From Chromatiales bacterium (GTDB taxonomy: Bacteria; Pseudomonadota; Gammaproteobacteria; UBA6429; Thiohalophilaceae), in assembly GCA_026984045.1 (NCBI GenBank), contig JALSSV010000020.1, forward strand, positions 7,076 through 71,075: a stretch of 64,000 bases of DNA, given 5' to 3'. Positions 13,363 to 22,308 of this stretch are shown one piece after another. A program made the translations under genes and the position numbers. The notes beneath the pieces are model-generated. The model searched no databases and had not been told where the DNA came from. It saw only the letters and a list, made by a program, of their open reading frames with translations. Every line of letters begins with the position of its first letter. The stretch's first letter is position 1.

Positions 13363-13492
13363 AATAACGCAGAGGGCGCAGAGACGCAGAGTTCGCAGAG
13401 GATGGCCAGGCGAGAATCGGACTGACGCCCGGAGTGATAGGTTACCGAAACAAACCCTCTCGGCGTTCTCTGCGTCTCTGCGCCCTCTGCGT
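13363..13492. repeat. MITE/REP-like element: 27-bp perfect inverted repeats rich in GCAGAG, 76-nt spacer
   Basis: TAACGCAGAGGGCGCAGAGACGCAGAG (13363-13389) and its exact reverse complement (13466-13492). Lies between the convergent cysZ and aminotransferase genes. Confidence 0.8.
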
Positions 13493-13501
13493 TACTTCCA
13501 C

Positions 13502-14659
13502 CTACCCCACGAAAGAGGCAATCCGCCGCACACCCTCTTCGAGCCGTTCCAGCGAGGTGGTGTAGGCGAAGCGCAGGTGACGTTCGGGGTGGTTGTGGCC
13601 GAAATCGAGGCCGGGGGTGACGGCCACGCCGGCCTCTTCGAGCAGGGCTTCGGAGAAGGCCAGGCTGTCGTCGGTGAAGCGGCGGCAGTCGGCGTACAGG
13701 TAGAAGGCACCCTGGGGGATGACGGGGATGACAAAGCCCAGCTCCCGCAGGGCCGGCAACAAATAGTCGCGGCGGGCCCGGAAGGCCTCGCGGCGTTCTT
13801 CCAGCACCGGCCGGGTGGTGGGACCCAGTGCGGCCAGGGCGGCATACTGGCCAGGCGTGGGGGCGGCCAGGAACAGGTTCTGGGCCAGCTTGTCGAGGTC
13901 TGCCACCCAGTCGGGGGGCGCCACCAGCCAGCCCACGCGCCAGCCGGTGAGGCCGTAATACTTGGAGAAGCTGTTGATGACGATCACCTCGTCGGAGACC
14001 GCCAGGGCGGTCTGCGCCGGGGCGCCGTAGACCAGGCCGTGGTAGATCTCGTCCACGATCAGCACCCCGCCCCGCTCGCGCACCACGGCGTGGATGGCGG
14101 CCAGTTCGTCCACCGGCAGCAGCGTGCCGGTGGGATTGGCCGGGGAGGCGACCAGCACCGCCCGCGTGTCGGCCTGCCAGTGGTCGGCCACCTGGCGGGC
14201 GGTGAGCTGGTAACCGCTCTCCGGCCCCACCGGGATTGCCCGGCTCCGCCCTTCCAGGAAGCGCACGAAATTGCGGTTGCAGGGGTAACCGGGATCGGCC
14301 ATCAGCACCGACTGCCCCGCATCGAGCAGCGCCCCCAGGATCAGCAGCAGGGCACCGGAAGCGCCGGGCGTCACCACCACCCTGCCGGGATCGATTTCCA
14401 GAGCGTATTCGTGCCGGTAGTGATTGGCGATGGCCTGGCGCAGGGCCGGCATGCCGGTGGCCGGCGTGTAGTGCATGCGTCCCCCGGAAATGGCCACCTG
14501 GACCGCCTGGATGACCGGCTCGGGCGTGGGAAAATCGGGCTCGCCGATTTCCATGTGCACGATGTCCCGCCCGGCGGCCTCCAGTTCCCGGGCCCGGGCC
14601 AGCAGGGCCATCACCCGGAAGGGCTGGATGTCGGCGATGCGCGTGGCGCGGGAGATCAT
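13502..14659 (-). CDS. class I/II PLP-dependent aminotransferase
   Basis: 385 aa: ...DIVHMEIGEPDFPTPEPVIQA..., NPTG, SFSKYYGLTGWRVGW (PLP-lysine motif). Confidence 0.85.
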   Translation of the reverse strand: MISRATRIADIQPFRVMALLARARELEAAGRDIVHMEIGEPDFPTPEPVIQAVQVAISGGRMHYTPATGMPALRQAIANHYRHEYALEIDPGRVVVTPGASGALLLILGALLDAGQSVLMADPGYPCNRNFVRFLEGRSRAIPVGPESGYQLTARQVADHWQADTRAVLVASPANPTGTLLPVDELAAIHAVVRERGGVLIVDEIYHGLVYGAPAQTALAVSDEVIVINSFSKYYGLTGWRVGWLVAPPDWVADLDKLAQNLFLAAPTPGQYAALAALGPTTRPVLEERREAFRARRDYLLPALRELGFVIPVIPQGAFYLYADCRRFTDDSLAFSEALLEEAGVAVTPGLDFGHNHPERHLRFAYTTSLERLEEGVRRIASFVG

Positions 14660-15447
14660 GACGCGGTGGCGTGCAGGCGCTGCAGATCGTCCACGGCGAG
14701 ATACCCCTTCTCACCCAGGGCCGTTTCCGGCCCAGCCAGGATCCGGGCCGGCTGATCGGGCTCGCCGAGCTGATCGAGCACCAGCAGGGCGTCACCGAAA
14801 TCGTGACTCCGGGTGTAGTCGTTGATGGTCACCACGGTGGGCAGGCCGGCGCCCACCGATGCCCGGATGCCGTTGCCCGAGTCCTCGAAGGCCAGCGCCG
14901 CCGCGGGTTCCAGGTTCATCCGTTCCAGCGCCCAGACGAAGATGTCCGGGGCCGGTTTCTTGGCCGGCACGATGTCGCCGGCGGCGATCACCTCGAACCA
15001 GTCCAGCGCATCGGCGCCGAGGGTATGGGTGAGCAGGGCCTCCACGTTGGCCGGGGTGGTGGTGGTGGCGATGGCCAGGCGCAGACCGGCCTCCCGAGCC
15101 TCGCGCAGCAGGCGCTCGACGCCGGGTCGCAGGGGGATCTGCCCTTCGGCCAGCAGGCGGGTGTAGTGCTCGGTCTTGGCCCGGTGCAGGTGGGCGATGA
15201 AATCGTCCAGATCCGCCGGCCGGGCGAAATCCGGTTGGAATTCGTCCAGGAAATGGCGGATCCGCTCCTTGCCGCCGGTCACCGCCAGCAGTTTCTCGTA
15301 CAGATCCGCGTCCCACTCCCAGTCGAGCCCGGCGTCCCGGAAGGCCCGGTTGAAGGCCACCCGGTGGCCGTCCCGCTCGGTATCGGCCAGCGTGCCGTCC
15401 ACGTCGAACAGCAGGGCCTGCAAGGTTTTCTCTGCCATGGGCATCAT
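14656..15447 (-). CDS. cbbY: HAD-superfamily phosphatase, CbbY-like
   Basis: LLFDVDGTLADTERDGHRVAFNRAFRDAGLDWEWD..LY..LL.VTGGKERI matches the CbbY subfamily signature. Its stop overlaps the aminotransferase start. Confidence 0.7.
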   Translation of the reverse strand: MMPMAEKTLQALLFDVDGTLADTERDGHRVAFNRAFRDAGLDWEWDADLYEKLLAVTGGKERIRHFLDEFQPDFARPADLDDFIAHLHRAKTEHYTRLLAEGQIPLRPGVERLLREAREAGLRLAIATTTTPANVEALLTHTLGADALDWFEVIAAGDIVPAKKPAPDIFVWALERMNLEPAAALAFEDSGNGIRASVGAGLPTVVTINDYTRSHDFGDALLVLDQLGEPDQPARILAGPETALGEKGYLAVDDLQRLHATAS

Positions 15448-15546
15448 CTCCAGTACCGCATCAACAAGATTCGGTAGGATACCGCAGCACGGTCTCCGGT
15501 TCCCGGTTCAGACGGGAATTCGGCCCATTCGTTCCCCCCGGCCGAT

Positions 15547-15575
15547 TTGCCTTGTCTCCGCGATTCTGGTATTAA
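15547..15575 (+). promoter_or_regulatory. putative sigma70 promoter of dksA
   Basis: TTGCCT-N17-TATTAA read directly, ~28 nt upstream of the ATG at 15603. An AAGGA Shine-Dalgarno lies 8 nt before the ATG. Confidence 0.3.
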
Positions 15576-15602
15576 AGCGCGTTATTTTGATCAAGGACCG
15601 TA

Positions 15603-16316
15603 TTGATGCCCGCAAAGAAAAAATCCGCCGCCAAGAAGAAGGCGGCCAAGAAGGCTCCGGCGAAGAAGAAGCCGGCCGCCAAGAAGACTTCGGCCAAGAA
15701 GGCCACGGCCGCCAAAAAGAAACCGGCGGCCAAGAAGGCGGTGAAGAAGGCCGCCAGCAAGAAGAGCACGAGCAAGAAGAGCACGAGCAAGAAAACCGCG
15801 GCCAGGAAGGCCCCGGCCAAAAAAACCGCCGCCAAAAAGACGGCGGCGAAGAAAACCGCGGCAAAGAAACCTGCGCGTAAGAGCACGGCGCGCAAGTCGG
15901 CCCTGCACGGCGTGAGCCTCTTCACCCCCTACAAGGAAAAGCGGGGCGAGGAATACATGAGCGATGCCATGCTCGAGCACTTCCGCAAGATCCTGCTCGA
16001 CTGGAAGCGGGAACTGATGGAAGAAGTGGATCGCACCGTGCACCACATGCAGGACGAGGCCGCCAACTTCCCCGATCCCAACGACCGCGCCACCCAGGAA
16101 TCGGAATTCACCATGGAACTGCGCACCCGGGATCGGGAGCGCAAGCTGATCAAGAAGATCGACGAGGCCCTGAACAAGCTCGACACGGGCGAATACGGCT
16201 ACTGCGAACAGTGCGGCGTGGAAATCGGCATCCGGCGCCTGGAGGCCCGCCCTACCGCCACCCTGTGCATCGACTGCAAGAGCCTGGACGAGATCCGCGA
16301 AAAGACCCGCGCCTGA
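15603..16316 (+). CDS. dksA: RNA polymerase-binding regulator DksA with ~100-aa Lys/Ala/Pro-rich histone-H1-like N-terminal tail
   Basis: Residues ~105-237 are collinear with E. coli DksA ([20 protein letters not shown] tip, [25 protein letters not shown] zinc finger). Residues 1-100 are AKK/KKP repeats in the same open frame. Confidence 0.85.
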   Translation: MMPAKKKSAAKKKAAKKAPAKKKPAAKKTSAKKATAAKKKPAAKKAVKKAASKKSTSKKSTSKKTAARKAPAKKTAAKKTAAKKTAAKKPARKSTARKSALHGVSLFTPYKEKRGEEYMSDAMLEHFRKILLDWKRELMEEVDRTVHHMQDEAANFPDPNDRATQESEFTMELRTRDRERKLIKKIDEALNKLDTGEYGYCEQCGVEIGIRRLEARPTATLCIDCKSLDEIREKTRA

Positions 16317-16336
16317 GCCGACTTGGCTGGCTGTTG

Positions 16337-16360
16337 AAAAAGCCCATCCTTGGGCTTTTT
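16337..16360 (+). terminator. rho-independent terminator after dksA
   Basis: AAAAAGCCCA-TCCT-TGGGCTTTTT read directly, 21 nt after the stop codon. Confidence 0.65.
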
Positions 16361-16489
16361 CAGCCCGGGAACGGAAAAAACGCGGTTTCCCGTTCCCTCA
16401 CATTTTCAATGACTTGTCGTCATTGAAAATGGCGATGCCTCCCTGCATCGCCCACAGGCTGTCGAACAACGGCGCTGTTCAACAGCCTG

Positions 16490-16792
16490 TCAGGCGGGTT
16501 TCAGGGCTCGCTCGCCACGGCGCCGGTCCACCTGGATCCGCAGGCGGTTGCTCTCGGCGAAGTCCATGATGAACTCGTAGGCCGCAGGGTTGCTGTCGCG
16601 GAGTCCGCGGGCCACCACCAGGCACTTCTCGCCGTCGATGATGCAGGGCTGAACGCTGTCGGCATAGCGCAGGCGGTGATCCTCGCCGAAACTCGCCAGC
16701 GTGGAAGAGATGCGCTCGATCCAGTCGCTCGGCCGCAAACGCCCGCCGTCCTCACGGGTGCCGTGGATGACCACGCGCCCCTCTTCTGTCAT
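16490..16792 (-). CDS. DUF3579 domain protein
   Basis: 100 aa from the internal ATG: VVIHGTREDGGRLRPSDWIERISS...EKCLVVARGL...FIMDFAESNRL matches the DUF3579 pattern. Confidence 0.7.
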   Translation of the reverse strand: MTEEGRVVIHGTREDGGRLRPSDWIERISSTLASFGEDHRLRYADSVQPCIIDGEKCLVVARGLRDSNPAAYEFIMDFAESNRLRIQVDRRRGERALKPA

Positions 16793-16880
16793 GATGGACT
16801 CCCGATTCACTGCCGAGGAAAGGCCGGCTCCTGTAACGATCCTTCGGCCCATCACCTGCAAGCTTTAGCCCGGATTCGCC

Positions 16881-17546
16881 ATGAACGTCATCGATGCCAT
16901 CACCCGGCGCCATTCGGTACGTGCCTACCTCGACCGGCCCGTGTCCGCGGAATGCATCCGGGCCATACTCGATGCGGCCCGCCAGGCCCCCTCCGGCGTC
17001 AATACCCAGCCCTGGAACGTGGCCGTAGTCACGGGCGAAACCAAACGCCGCCTGGGCGAGGCGCTCATCGCCGCACGCGAGGCCGGCCAGCCCGAGAATC
17101 CCGACTATCCCTACTACCCCGACACCTGGCGCGAACCCTGGTCTGCGCGCCGCAAGGCCTGTGGCCTGGCCCTGTACCGGGCCCTCGGCATCGGCCGCGG
17201 CGATGCCGAGGGGCGCAAGGAAGCCTGGTATCGCAACTACCGTTTCTTCGACGCGCCGGTGGGGCTGATCTTTCACATGCATCGGGGTTTTCGCACCGGC
17301 AGCTTCCTGGACATGGGCATGTTCGTGGAGAACGTGATGCTGGCGGCGCTCGAGCACGCTCTCGGCACCTGTCCCCAGGCCTCGCTGGCCGAATATCCGG
17401 ACATCGTGCGCGACGTCCTGGGCCTGCCCGACGAGCAGAGGATCGTCTGCGGCATGGCCCTCGGCCATCCGGATCCGGACGCCCCCGTGAATCGCTACCG
17501 CCTCGAACGCGAACCCGTGGACGCCTTCACCACCTGGCATGACTGA
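16881..17546 (+). CDS. nitroreductase family protein
   Basis: MNVIDAITRRHSVRAYLDRPVS...ILDAARQAPSGVNTQPW, the classic nitroreductase N-terminus. Confidence 0.8.
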   Translation: MNVIDAITRRHSVRAYLDRPVSAECIRAILDAARQAPSGVNTQPWNVAVVTGETKRRLGEALIAAREAGQPENPDYPYYPDTWREPWSARRKACGLALYRALGIGRGDAEGRKEAWYRNYRFFDAPVGLIFHMHRGFRTGSFLDMGMFVENVMLAALEHALGTCPQASLAEYPDIVRDVLGLPDEQRIVCGMALGHPDPDAPVNRYRLEREPVDAFTTWHD

Positions 17547-18474
17547 CGACATCCCGGCCGCCGGCTACCGGGGCCGTTTCGCTCCCTCGCCCACCGGCCC
17601 CCTGCATTTCGGCTCGCTGATCGCCGCCCTGGGCAGTTACCTGCAGGCCCGCCGCCAGGGCGGGGAATGGTGGTTGCGCATCGAGGACATCGATCCGCCC
17701 CGCGAGGCCCCCGGCGCCCGCGAAGCCATCCTGGCCAGCCTGGAGGCCCACGGCCTGCACTGGGATGGGCCGGTGCAGTACCAGTCGCAGCGGCTCGAGC
17801 GCTACGCCCAATGCCTGCAACGGCTGGCCGCGGAAGGACGCCTCTACGCCTGTGCATGCAGCCGCAAGCGGATCGCCGAGCATGGCGAGCGCCGCGGCGG
17901 CACCCTCCATTATCCCGGCTGGTGCCGGGAGCGGAACCTGGCCTTCGTCCCCGGTCGCGCCCGCCGTCTGGATACCCGGAATCTGATCATTGATTTCGAG
18001 GATCGCATTCAGGGTCCCCAACGCCTGATCCCGGCCGAAGAAGGCGGCGACTTCGTCCTGCAACGGGCCGATGGACTCTATTCCTACCAACTGGCCGTGG
18101 CGGTGGACGATGCCGAACAGGGCATGACCGAGGTGGTGCGCGGCAGCGATCTGCTCGCTTCGACCCCTCGCCAGATCGCCATCCAGCGACTGTTGGGGCT
18201 CCCGACCCCTGTCTATGCCCACCTGCCGGTGGCAGTGGACGCCCAGGGACGCAAGCTCAGCAAGCAGAACCGGGCGCCGGCGCTCGACGCGCGCCGCGCT
18301 GGCGAGAACCTGTGGCGGGCCCTGCATTTCCTCGGCCAGCGGCCACCGACCGAACTGCGCGGCGCCCTGCCGGCGACAGTGCTGGACTGGGCGCGGGAAT
18401 ACTGGTCCCTCAAGAAAGTGCCCCGCACGGCCGCTATGGAACTGTCGGCGGATGTCCCGCCGGCGGGGGAATGA
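17539..18474 (+). CDS. gluQ: tRNA glutamyl-Q(34) synthetase GluQRS (YadB)
   Basis: YRGRFAPSPTGPLHFGSL (HIGH-type motif), RIEDID, truncated GluRS catalytic core with no anticodon domain. 311 aa. Confidence 0.9.
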   Translation: MTDDIPAAGYRGRFAPSPTGPLHFGSLIAALGSYLQARRQGGEWWLRIEDIDPPREAPGAREAILASLEAHGLHWDGPVQYQSQRLERYAQCLQRLAAEGRLYACACSRKRIAEHGERRGGTLHYPGWCRERNLAFVPGRARRLDTRNLIIDFEDRIQGPQRLIPAEEGGDFVLQRADGLYSYQLAVAVDDAEQGMTEVVRGSDLLASTPRQIAIQRLLGLPTPVYAHLPVAVDAQGRKLSKQNRAPALDARRAGENLWRALHFLGQRPPTELRGALPATVLDWAREYWSLKKVPRTAAMELSADVPPAGE

Positions 18475-18478
18475 TAGG

Positions 18479-18931
18479 ATGCGGTTCATGGAAACCGGAA
18501 CGAACCCCTATCTCGAGGCCTTTCGCGGCAGCTTCAGCGGCATCCTGCGCTGGCCGCAGCTCGATACCCTGTGGCAGACGCTGCGCGATCAGGGTGACAA
18601 GCAGTGGTACATCTACGCGGTGGGCGAGAGGCCACCGGAACGACCCGCCACCCCCGAGCAACTGGATGCCTTCATCCGGGAAATCGATGCGCTGCTGCGC
18701 AAGGAACACGACGAGGACTACTGTGGCATCGTCTATGTCGACGATCCGACCGATCCGGCCTTCATCAAGATCTATGATCCCAACAACCTCGGCGTGGTCT
18801 GCGGCTTCAGCGAGAACCCGCCCCTACCGGGCTGGGTGCTCTCCCTGGAGCCGCCCGTGGATCTGCCCGCCGCCCTGCCCCCGCCCGGCAACCGCCGGCG
18901 CTGGTGGCAACGCCTGTTCGGAGGGCAATGA
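18479..18931 (+). CDS. hypothetical protein (150 aa)
   Basis: ATG 18479 lies just after the gluQ stop. High GC3. No family recognised. Confidence 0.5.
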   Translation: MRFMETGTNPYLEAFRGSFSGILRWPQLDTLWQTLRDQGDKQWYIYAVGERPPERPATPEQLDAFIREIDALLRKEHDEDYCGIVYVDDPTDPAFIKIYDPNNLGVVCGFSENPPLPGWVLSLEPPVDLPAALPPPGNRRRWWQRLFGGQ

Positions 18932-18937
18932 CACACC

Positions 18938-19705
18938 ATGACGGATACGGGCACGAGCAAGGAATCGACCCCGGCCACCCAATCGGTCGTCGACAACTAC
19001 GAAAAGTACCTGCTGCACGGCCGCGGCGCCATCATCCAGAAACTGCGCCAGCTGGAAAAGGCGCGCAGCCTGCTCACCGCCCACTTCGGCGGGGGCCGCC
19101 ATTCCCTGCTGACCCAGGTCGTGGAAGTGATGCCCGACAAGGAAGTGGTGGTGCTCGATTACGGCGCCGACGAAAAACTCAACCGCAAGATCCTCGAAGC
19201 CGACCGCATCGTTTTCAAGGCCCAGCACGAGGGCATCACCGCCCAGTTCACGGTGAATCGCATCCAGCGCGCGCGACGCCACGGCAAGACCAGTTTTGCC
19301 TGCCCGCTGCCCGAATCCCTGCTGTGGGTGGAGCGCCGCGAATTCTACCGGGTTCGAATTCCGCTGGGCGATCCGGTGTTTTGCGAGATCCCCCGGGGGG
19401 ACGACGAACCGCTGCGTCTGCAGATCATCGACATCAGCGTGGCCGGCGTGGGTCTGCACGATCCCGACCGCCGACTCGAAGCGGAGATCGATCAACCCCT
19501 GCCGGGCTGCCGGCTGCTCCTCGGCGAACACGGCACCGCCCTGGTTTCCCTCGTGGTGCGCAACTTCATTCCCGACAATCCCGACGAGGCGGAGGGCGGC
19601 CGGCGCATCGGCTGCCAGATCGAAAACCTCGCCATGGACATGAACACCATCATCCAGCGCTACATCCACGCCGTGGAAGCCCTGCGCCGCCGCGTCGAAG
19701 ACTAA
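18938..19705 (+). CDS. YcgR-like PilZ-domain protein (c-di-GMP receptor / flagellar brake family)
   Basis: N-terminal YcgR-type domain, then a PilZ core: ERREFYRV (RxxxR) ...IIDISVAGVGL (D/NxSxxG). Confidence 0.7.
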   Translation: MTDTGTSKESTPATQSVVDNYEKYLLHGRGAIIQKLRQLEKARSLLTAHFGGGRHSLLTQVVEVMPDKEVVVLDYGADEKLNRKILEADRIVFKAQHEGITAQFTVNRIQRARRHGKTSFACPLPESLLWVERREFYRVRIPLGDPVFCEIPRGDDEPLRLQIIDISVAGVGLHDPDRRLEAEIDQPLPGCRLLLGEHGTALVSLVVRNFIPDNPDEAEGGRRIGCQIENLAMDMNTIIQRYIHAVEALRRRVED

Positions 19706-19966
19706 TCCCGTCTCCGCCAGCGGAAGACATCACCAGCCAGCCGACCGGATTCAGCCCTTTCCCGCGCGAGGGTTCCGCCTTTCCGGCTGCCGCCCATCAT
19801 CAGCAATTCATCAAGTGCTTAAATAAACGCTTTTTGTTCCTCCTCTCTTGCCAAGCCGGCGGCATTCCCCGAAGATAGGCCGTGTTTGTTCACTCCACTG
19901 TCGTATGGGGTGATCAAGGGAGGGGTCAACCGCCACCACGACAACAACAATAAGAGGTACGAGAAT

Positions 19967-21919
19967 ATGGATGCAAAAATCATCTGGTTGTTCATATTCG
20001 TGGCTTTGTACTGGGGCTATTGCATCTTCTGGGGCATCAAGGGTGCAATGACGGCCAAGACCGCGTCCGACTACTTCATTGCCGGACGCAGCATCTCGCT
20101 CTGGGTCTTCGTGCTGGCCGCCACCGCCACGTCCTTCTCCGGCTGGACTTTCATGGGCCATCCCGGACTCATCTACCGTGACGGTTTCCAGTATGCCTAC
20201 GCATCGTTCTATGCCATCACCATCCCCTTCACCGGAGTCATCTTCCTCAAGCGCCAGTGGATGCTGGGCAAACGCTTCGGCTTCGTCACGCCCGGCGAGA
20301 TGCTCTCCAGCTATTTCAAGTCGGATGCCATCCGTCTGCTGGTGGTGCTGGTGGCACTGATCTTCTCCATTCCCTACCTGGGCCTGCAGCTGCGCGCCTC
20401 CGGTTTCCTGTTCAACGTGCTCACCGATGGTCTGCTCGACGTGGAAGTCGGCATGTGGCTGCTGTCCATCGTGGTGATCATCTACGTGGCCTCTGGCGGC
20501 CTGCGGGCGGTGGCCTACGTGGATACCATGCAGGCCATCCTGCTGGCACTCGGCATCATCGCCATCGGCATCATCGCCGTGAATTTCGTGGGTGGCTGGG
20601 AACGGCTCAATGAGGGCATCGCGGCCCTGGCCAACTTCGACAGCAAACGCACGCCCGACGGTTACAGCCATTACGTGGCCATTCCGGGCGTCATCCAGTT
20701 CGTGAGCAACGGCCCCTCCGCCACTGGCGGCGCCTGGACCGGTGTCATGATCCTGACCTACATGTTCGCCCTGATGGGCATTCAGTCGGCGCCGGCCTTC
20801 TCCATGTGGGCCTTCTCCAACCACAGCCCGAAGCCCTTTGCCCCGCAACAGGTCTGGGCCTCGTCCTTCGGCATTGGCTTCATCCTCATGGTGTTCACGG
20901 CCATGCAGGGTCTCGGCGGCCATTTCCTCGGCGCCGATACCGCCTTCGCCGCCGCCCATCCCGAACTGGTCAACAATGTCATGGCCGAGGGCCTCGGCGG
21001 CAAGGATCTGATGGAATCGGCCGGCAAGCAGGGCATGCTGGTCCCGCAGCTCATCCGCCTGATGGCCGAGGCCGCCCCCTGGCTGGTGGGCCTGCTCTCG
21101 GTGTGCGCCCTGGCCGCCATGCAGTCCACCGGCGCCGCCTACATGTCCACCGCCGGGGGCATGCTCACCCGCGACCTGCTCAAGCGTTATGTCATGCCCA
21201 ACGCCACCCATGCCCAGCAGAAGCTCTGGGGCCGGATCGGTGTGGTGGCCATCGTGCTGGCCGCCCTGATGGTGGCGACCCACGCCACCGATGCGCTGGT
21301 CCTGCTCGGCGGTCTGGCCGTGGCCTATGGCTTCCAGATGTGGCCGGCCCTGATCGCCGTCTGCTGGTGGCCATGGCTGACCCGCCAGGGGGTGGTGCTC
21401 GGTCTCATCGCCGGCCTCATCGCCGTGACCCTGACCGAAAAGATCGGGGCCCAGTTCATGCCCTGGGGGCGCTGGCCCTTCACCATCCACTCGGCGGGCT
21501 GGGGGATCCTCTTCAACCTGAGCATCGCCATTGTCGTTTCGTTCTTCACGCAGAAGGCGGAAGACACCGAGCACCGCATGAGCTTCCACAACTTCCTGCG
21601 CGAGCACTCCTCCCTCTCGCCGGACAAGAAAAAGCTGGTGCCGCTGGCCTGGATCATCGTCCTGGTCTGGTTCTTCTTCGGCATCGGTCCGGGAGCGGTG
21701 ATCGGCAACACCCTCTTCGGCAGCCCGAACGACATGACCACCTGGACCTTTGGCATGCCTTCCATCTGGGCCTGGCAGCTGATCTGGTGGGCCATCGGGG
21801 TGTTCATGATGTGGTTCCTGGCCTACAAGATGGAAATGTCCCTGGTGCCGGAAAAGGAAGTCGTGGCCCTGCACGAGGACATCGGCGACATCCATCTGGA
21901 TCTGGATCGCCCGTCCTGA
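19967..21919 (+). CDS. sodium:solute symporter (SSF) family transporter, 650 aa
   Basis: Multi-TM protein with SDYFIAGRSISLWV..ATSFSGWTFMG, typical of SSF. Start set to the ATG at 19967, preceded by AAGAGG. Confidence 0.85.
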   Translation: MDAKIIWLFIFVALYWGYCIFWGIKGAMTAKTASDYFIAGRSISLWVFVLAATATSFSGWTFMGHPGLIYRDGFQYAYASFYAITIPFTGVIFLKRQWMLGKRFGFVTPGEMLSSYFKSDAIRLLVVLVALIFSIPYLGLQLRASGFLFNVLTDGLLDVEVGMWLLSIVVIIYVASGGLRAVAYVDTMQAILLALGIIAIGIIAVNFVGGWERLNEGIAALANFDSKRTPDGYSHYVAIPGVIQFVSNGPSATGGAWTGVMILTYMFALMGIQSAPAFSMWAFSNHSPKPFAPQQVWASSFGIGFILMVFTAMQGLGGHFLGADTAFAAAHPELVNNVMAEGLGGKDLMESAGKQGMLVPQLIRLMAEAAPWLVGLLSVCALAAMQSTGAAYMSTAGGMLTRDLLKRYVMPNATHAQQKLWGRIGVVAIVLAALMVATHATDALVLLGGLAVAYGFQMWPALIAVCWWPWLTRQGVVLGLIAGLIAVTLTEKIGAQFMPWGRWPFTIHSAGWGILFNLSIAIVVSFFTQKAEDTEHRMSFHNFLREHSSLSPDKKKLVPLAWIIVLVWFFFGIGPGAVIGNTLFGSPNDMTTWTFGMPSIWAWQLIWWAIGVFMMWFLAYKMEMSLVPEKEVVALHEDIGDIHLDLDRPS

Positions 21920-21931
21920 CGATGCTGACGG

Positions 21932-21968
21932 AAAAAGGGGGGTCCGGCCCGGCCGGGCCTCCCTTTTT
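21932..21968 (+). terminator. rho-independent terminator after the SSF transporter
   Basis: AAAAAGGGGGGTCCGGCC/CGGCCGGGCCTCCCTTTTT: GC-rich stem (two G-U pairs) plus a T-run. Confidence 0.5.
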
Positions 21969-22074
21969 GTTGTCCAGCCAAAAAAACTGACAGCCGGTGT
22001 ATTCGGTTGTATGCTTTGACCGGAATTTCGTCGAGCACGACAAGCGGCCACCGGCCGCCGCATACGAGTCTGCC

Positions 22075-22308
22075 ATGGCCTATTTTCTGTTTTCCGTGTT
22101 GTTGCTGGCCGTCCTGCTGTTCTTTCCCCTGAGCAAACTCATCTGGGTATTGAGCGTGCGGCGCCTGCAACGCAAGCTGGGGCGTGAACTGGACGCTGGC
22201 GAAATCCAGGGCCAGCTCAACCGGGCCCGTTTCATCAGCCTGTTCGTGGCCCTGATTTTCGCCTGGCTGTTCAACCTCAACCTGATCGGGTTCCCCGCCC
22301 ATGGATGA
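22075..22308 (+). CDS. small membrane protein (77 aa, two TM segments)
   Basis: MAYFLFSVLLLAVLLFFPLSKLIWV... Its stop overlaps the start of the TPR gene. No family recognised. Confidence 0.45.
   Translation: MAYFLFSVLLLAVLLFFPLSKLIWVLSVRRLQRKLGRELDAGEIQGQLNRARFISLFVALIFAWLFNLNLIGFPAHG

Noticed and set aside
15603-15900. Short tandem DNA repeats (for example AGCAAGAAGAGCACG x2, GCCGCCAAAAAGACG-like units) that might look like a CRISPR or VNTR array.
   Set aside because: The repeats are 9-15 bp, contiguous, and in-frame with dksA, so they are a coding low-complexity Lys/Ala region. There are no spacers and no cas genes.
19706-19966. Expected small DUF4212-type subunit gene upstream of the SSF transporter, or a riboswitch-like leader.
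   Set aside because: No ORF longer than 30 codons with hydrophobic character in the correct orientation. No conserved riboswitch motif recognised. The region looks like an ordinary promoter/leader.
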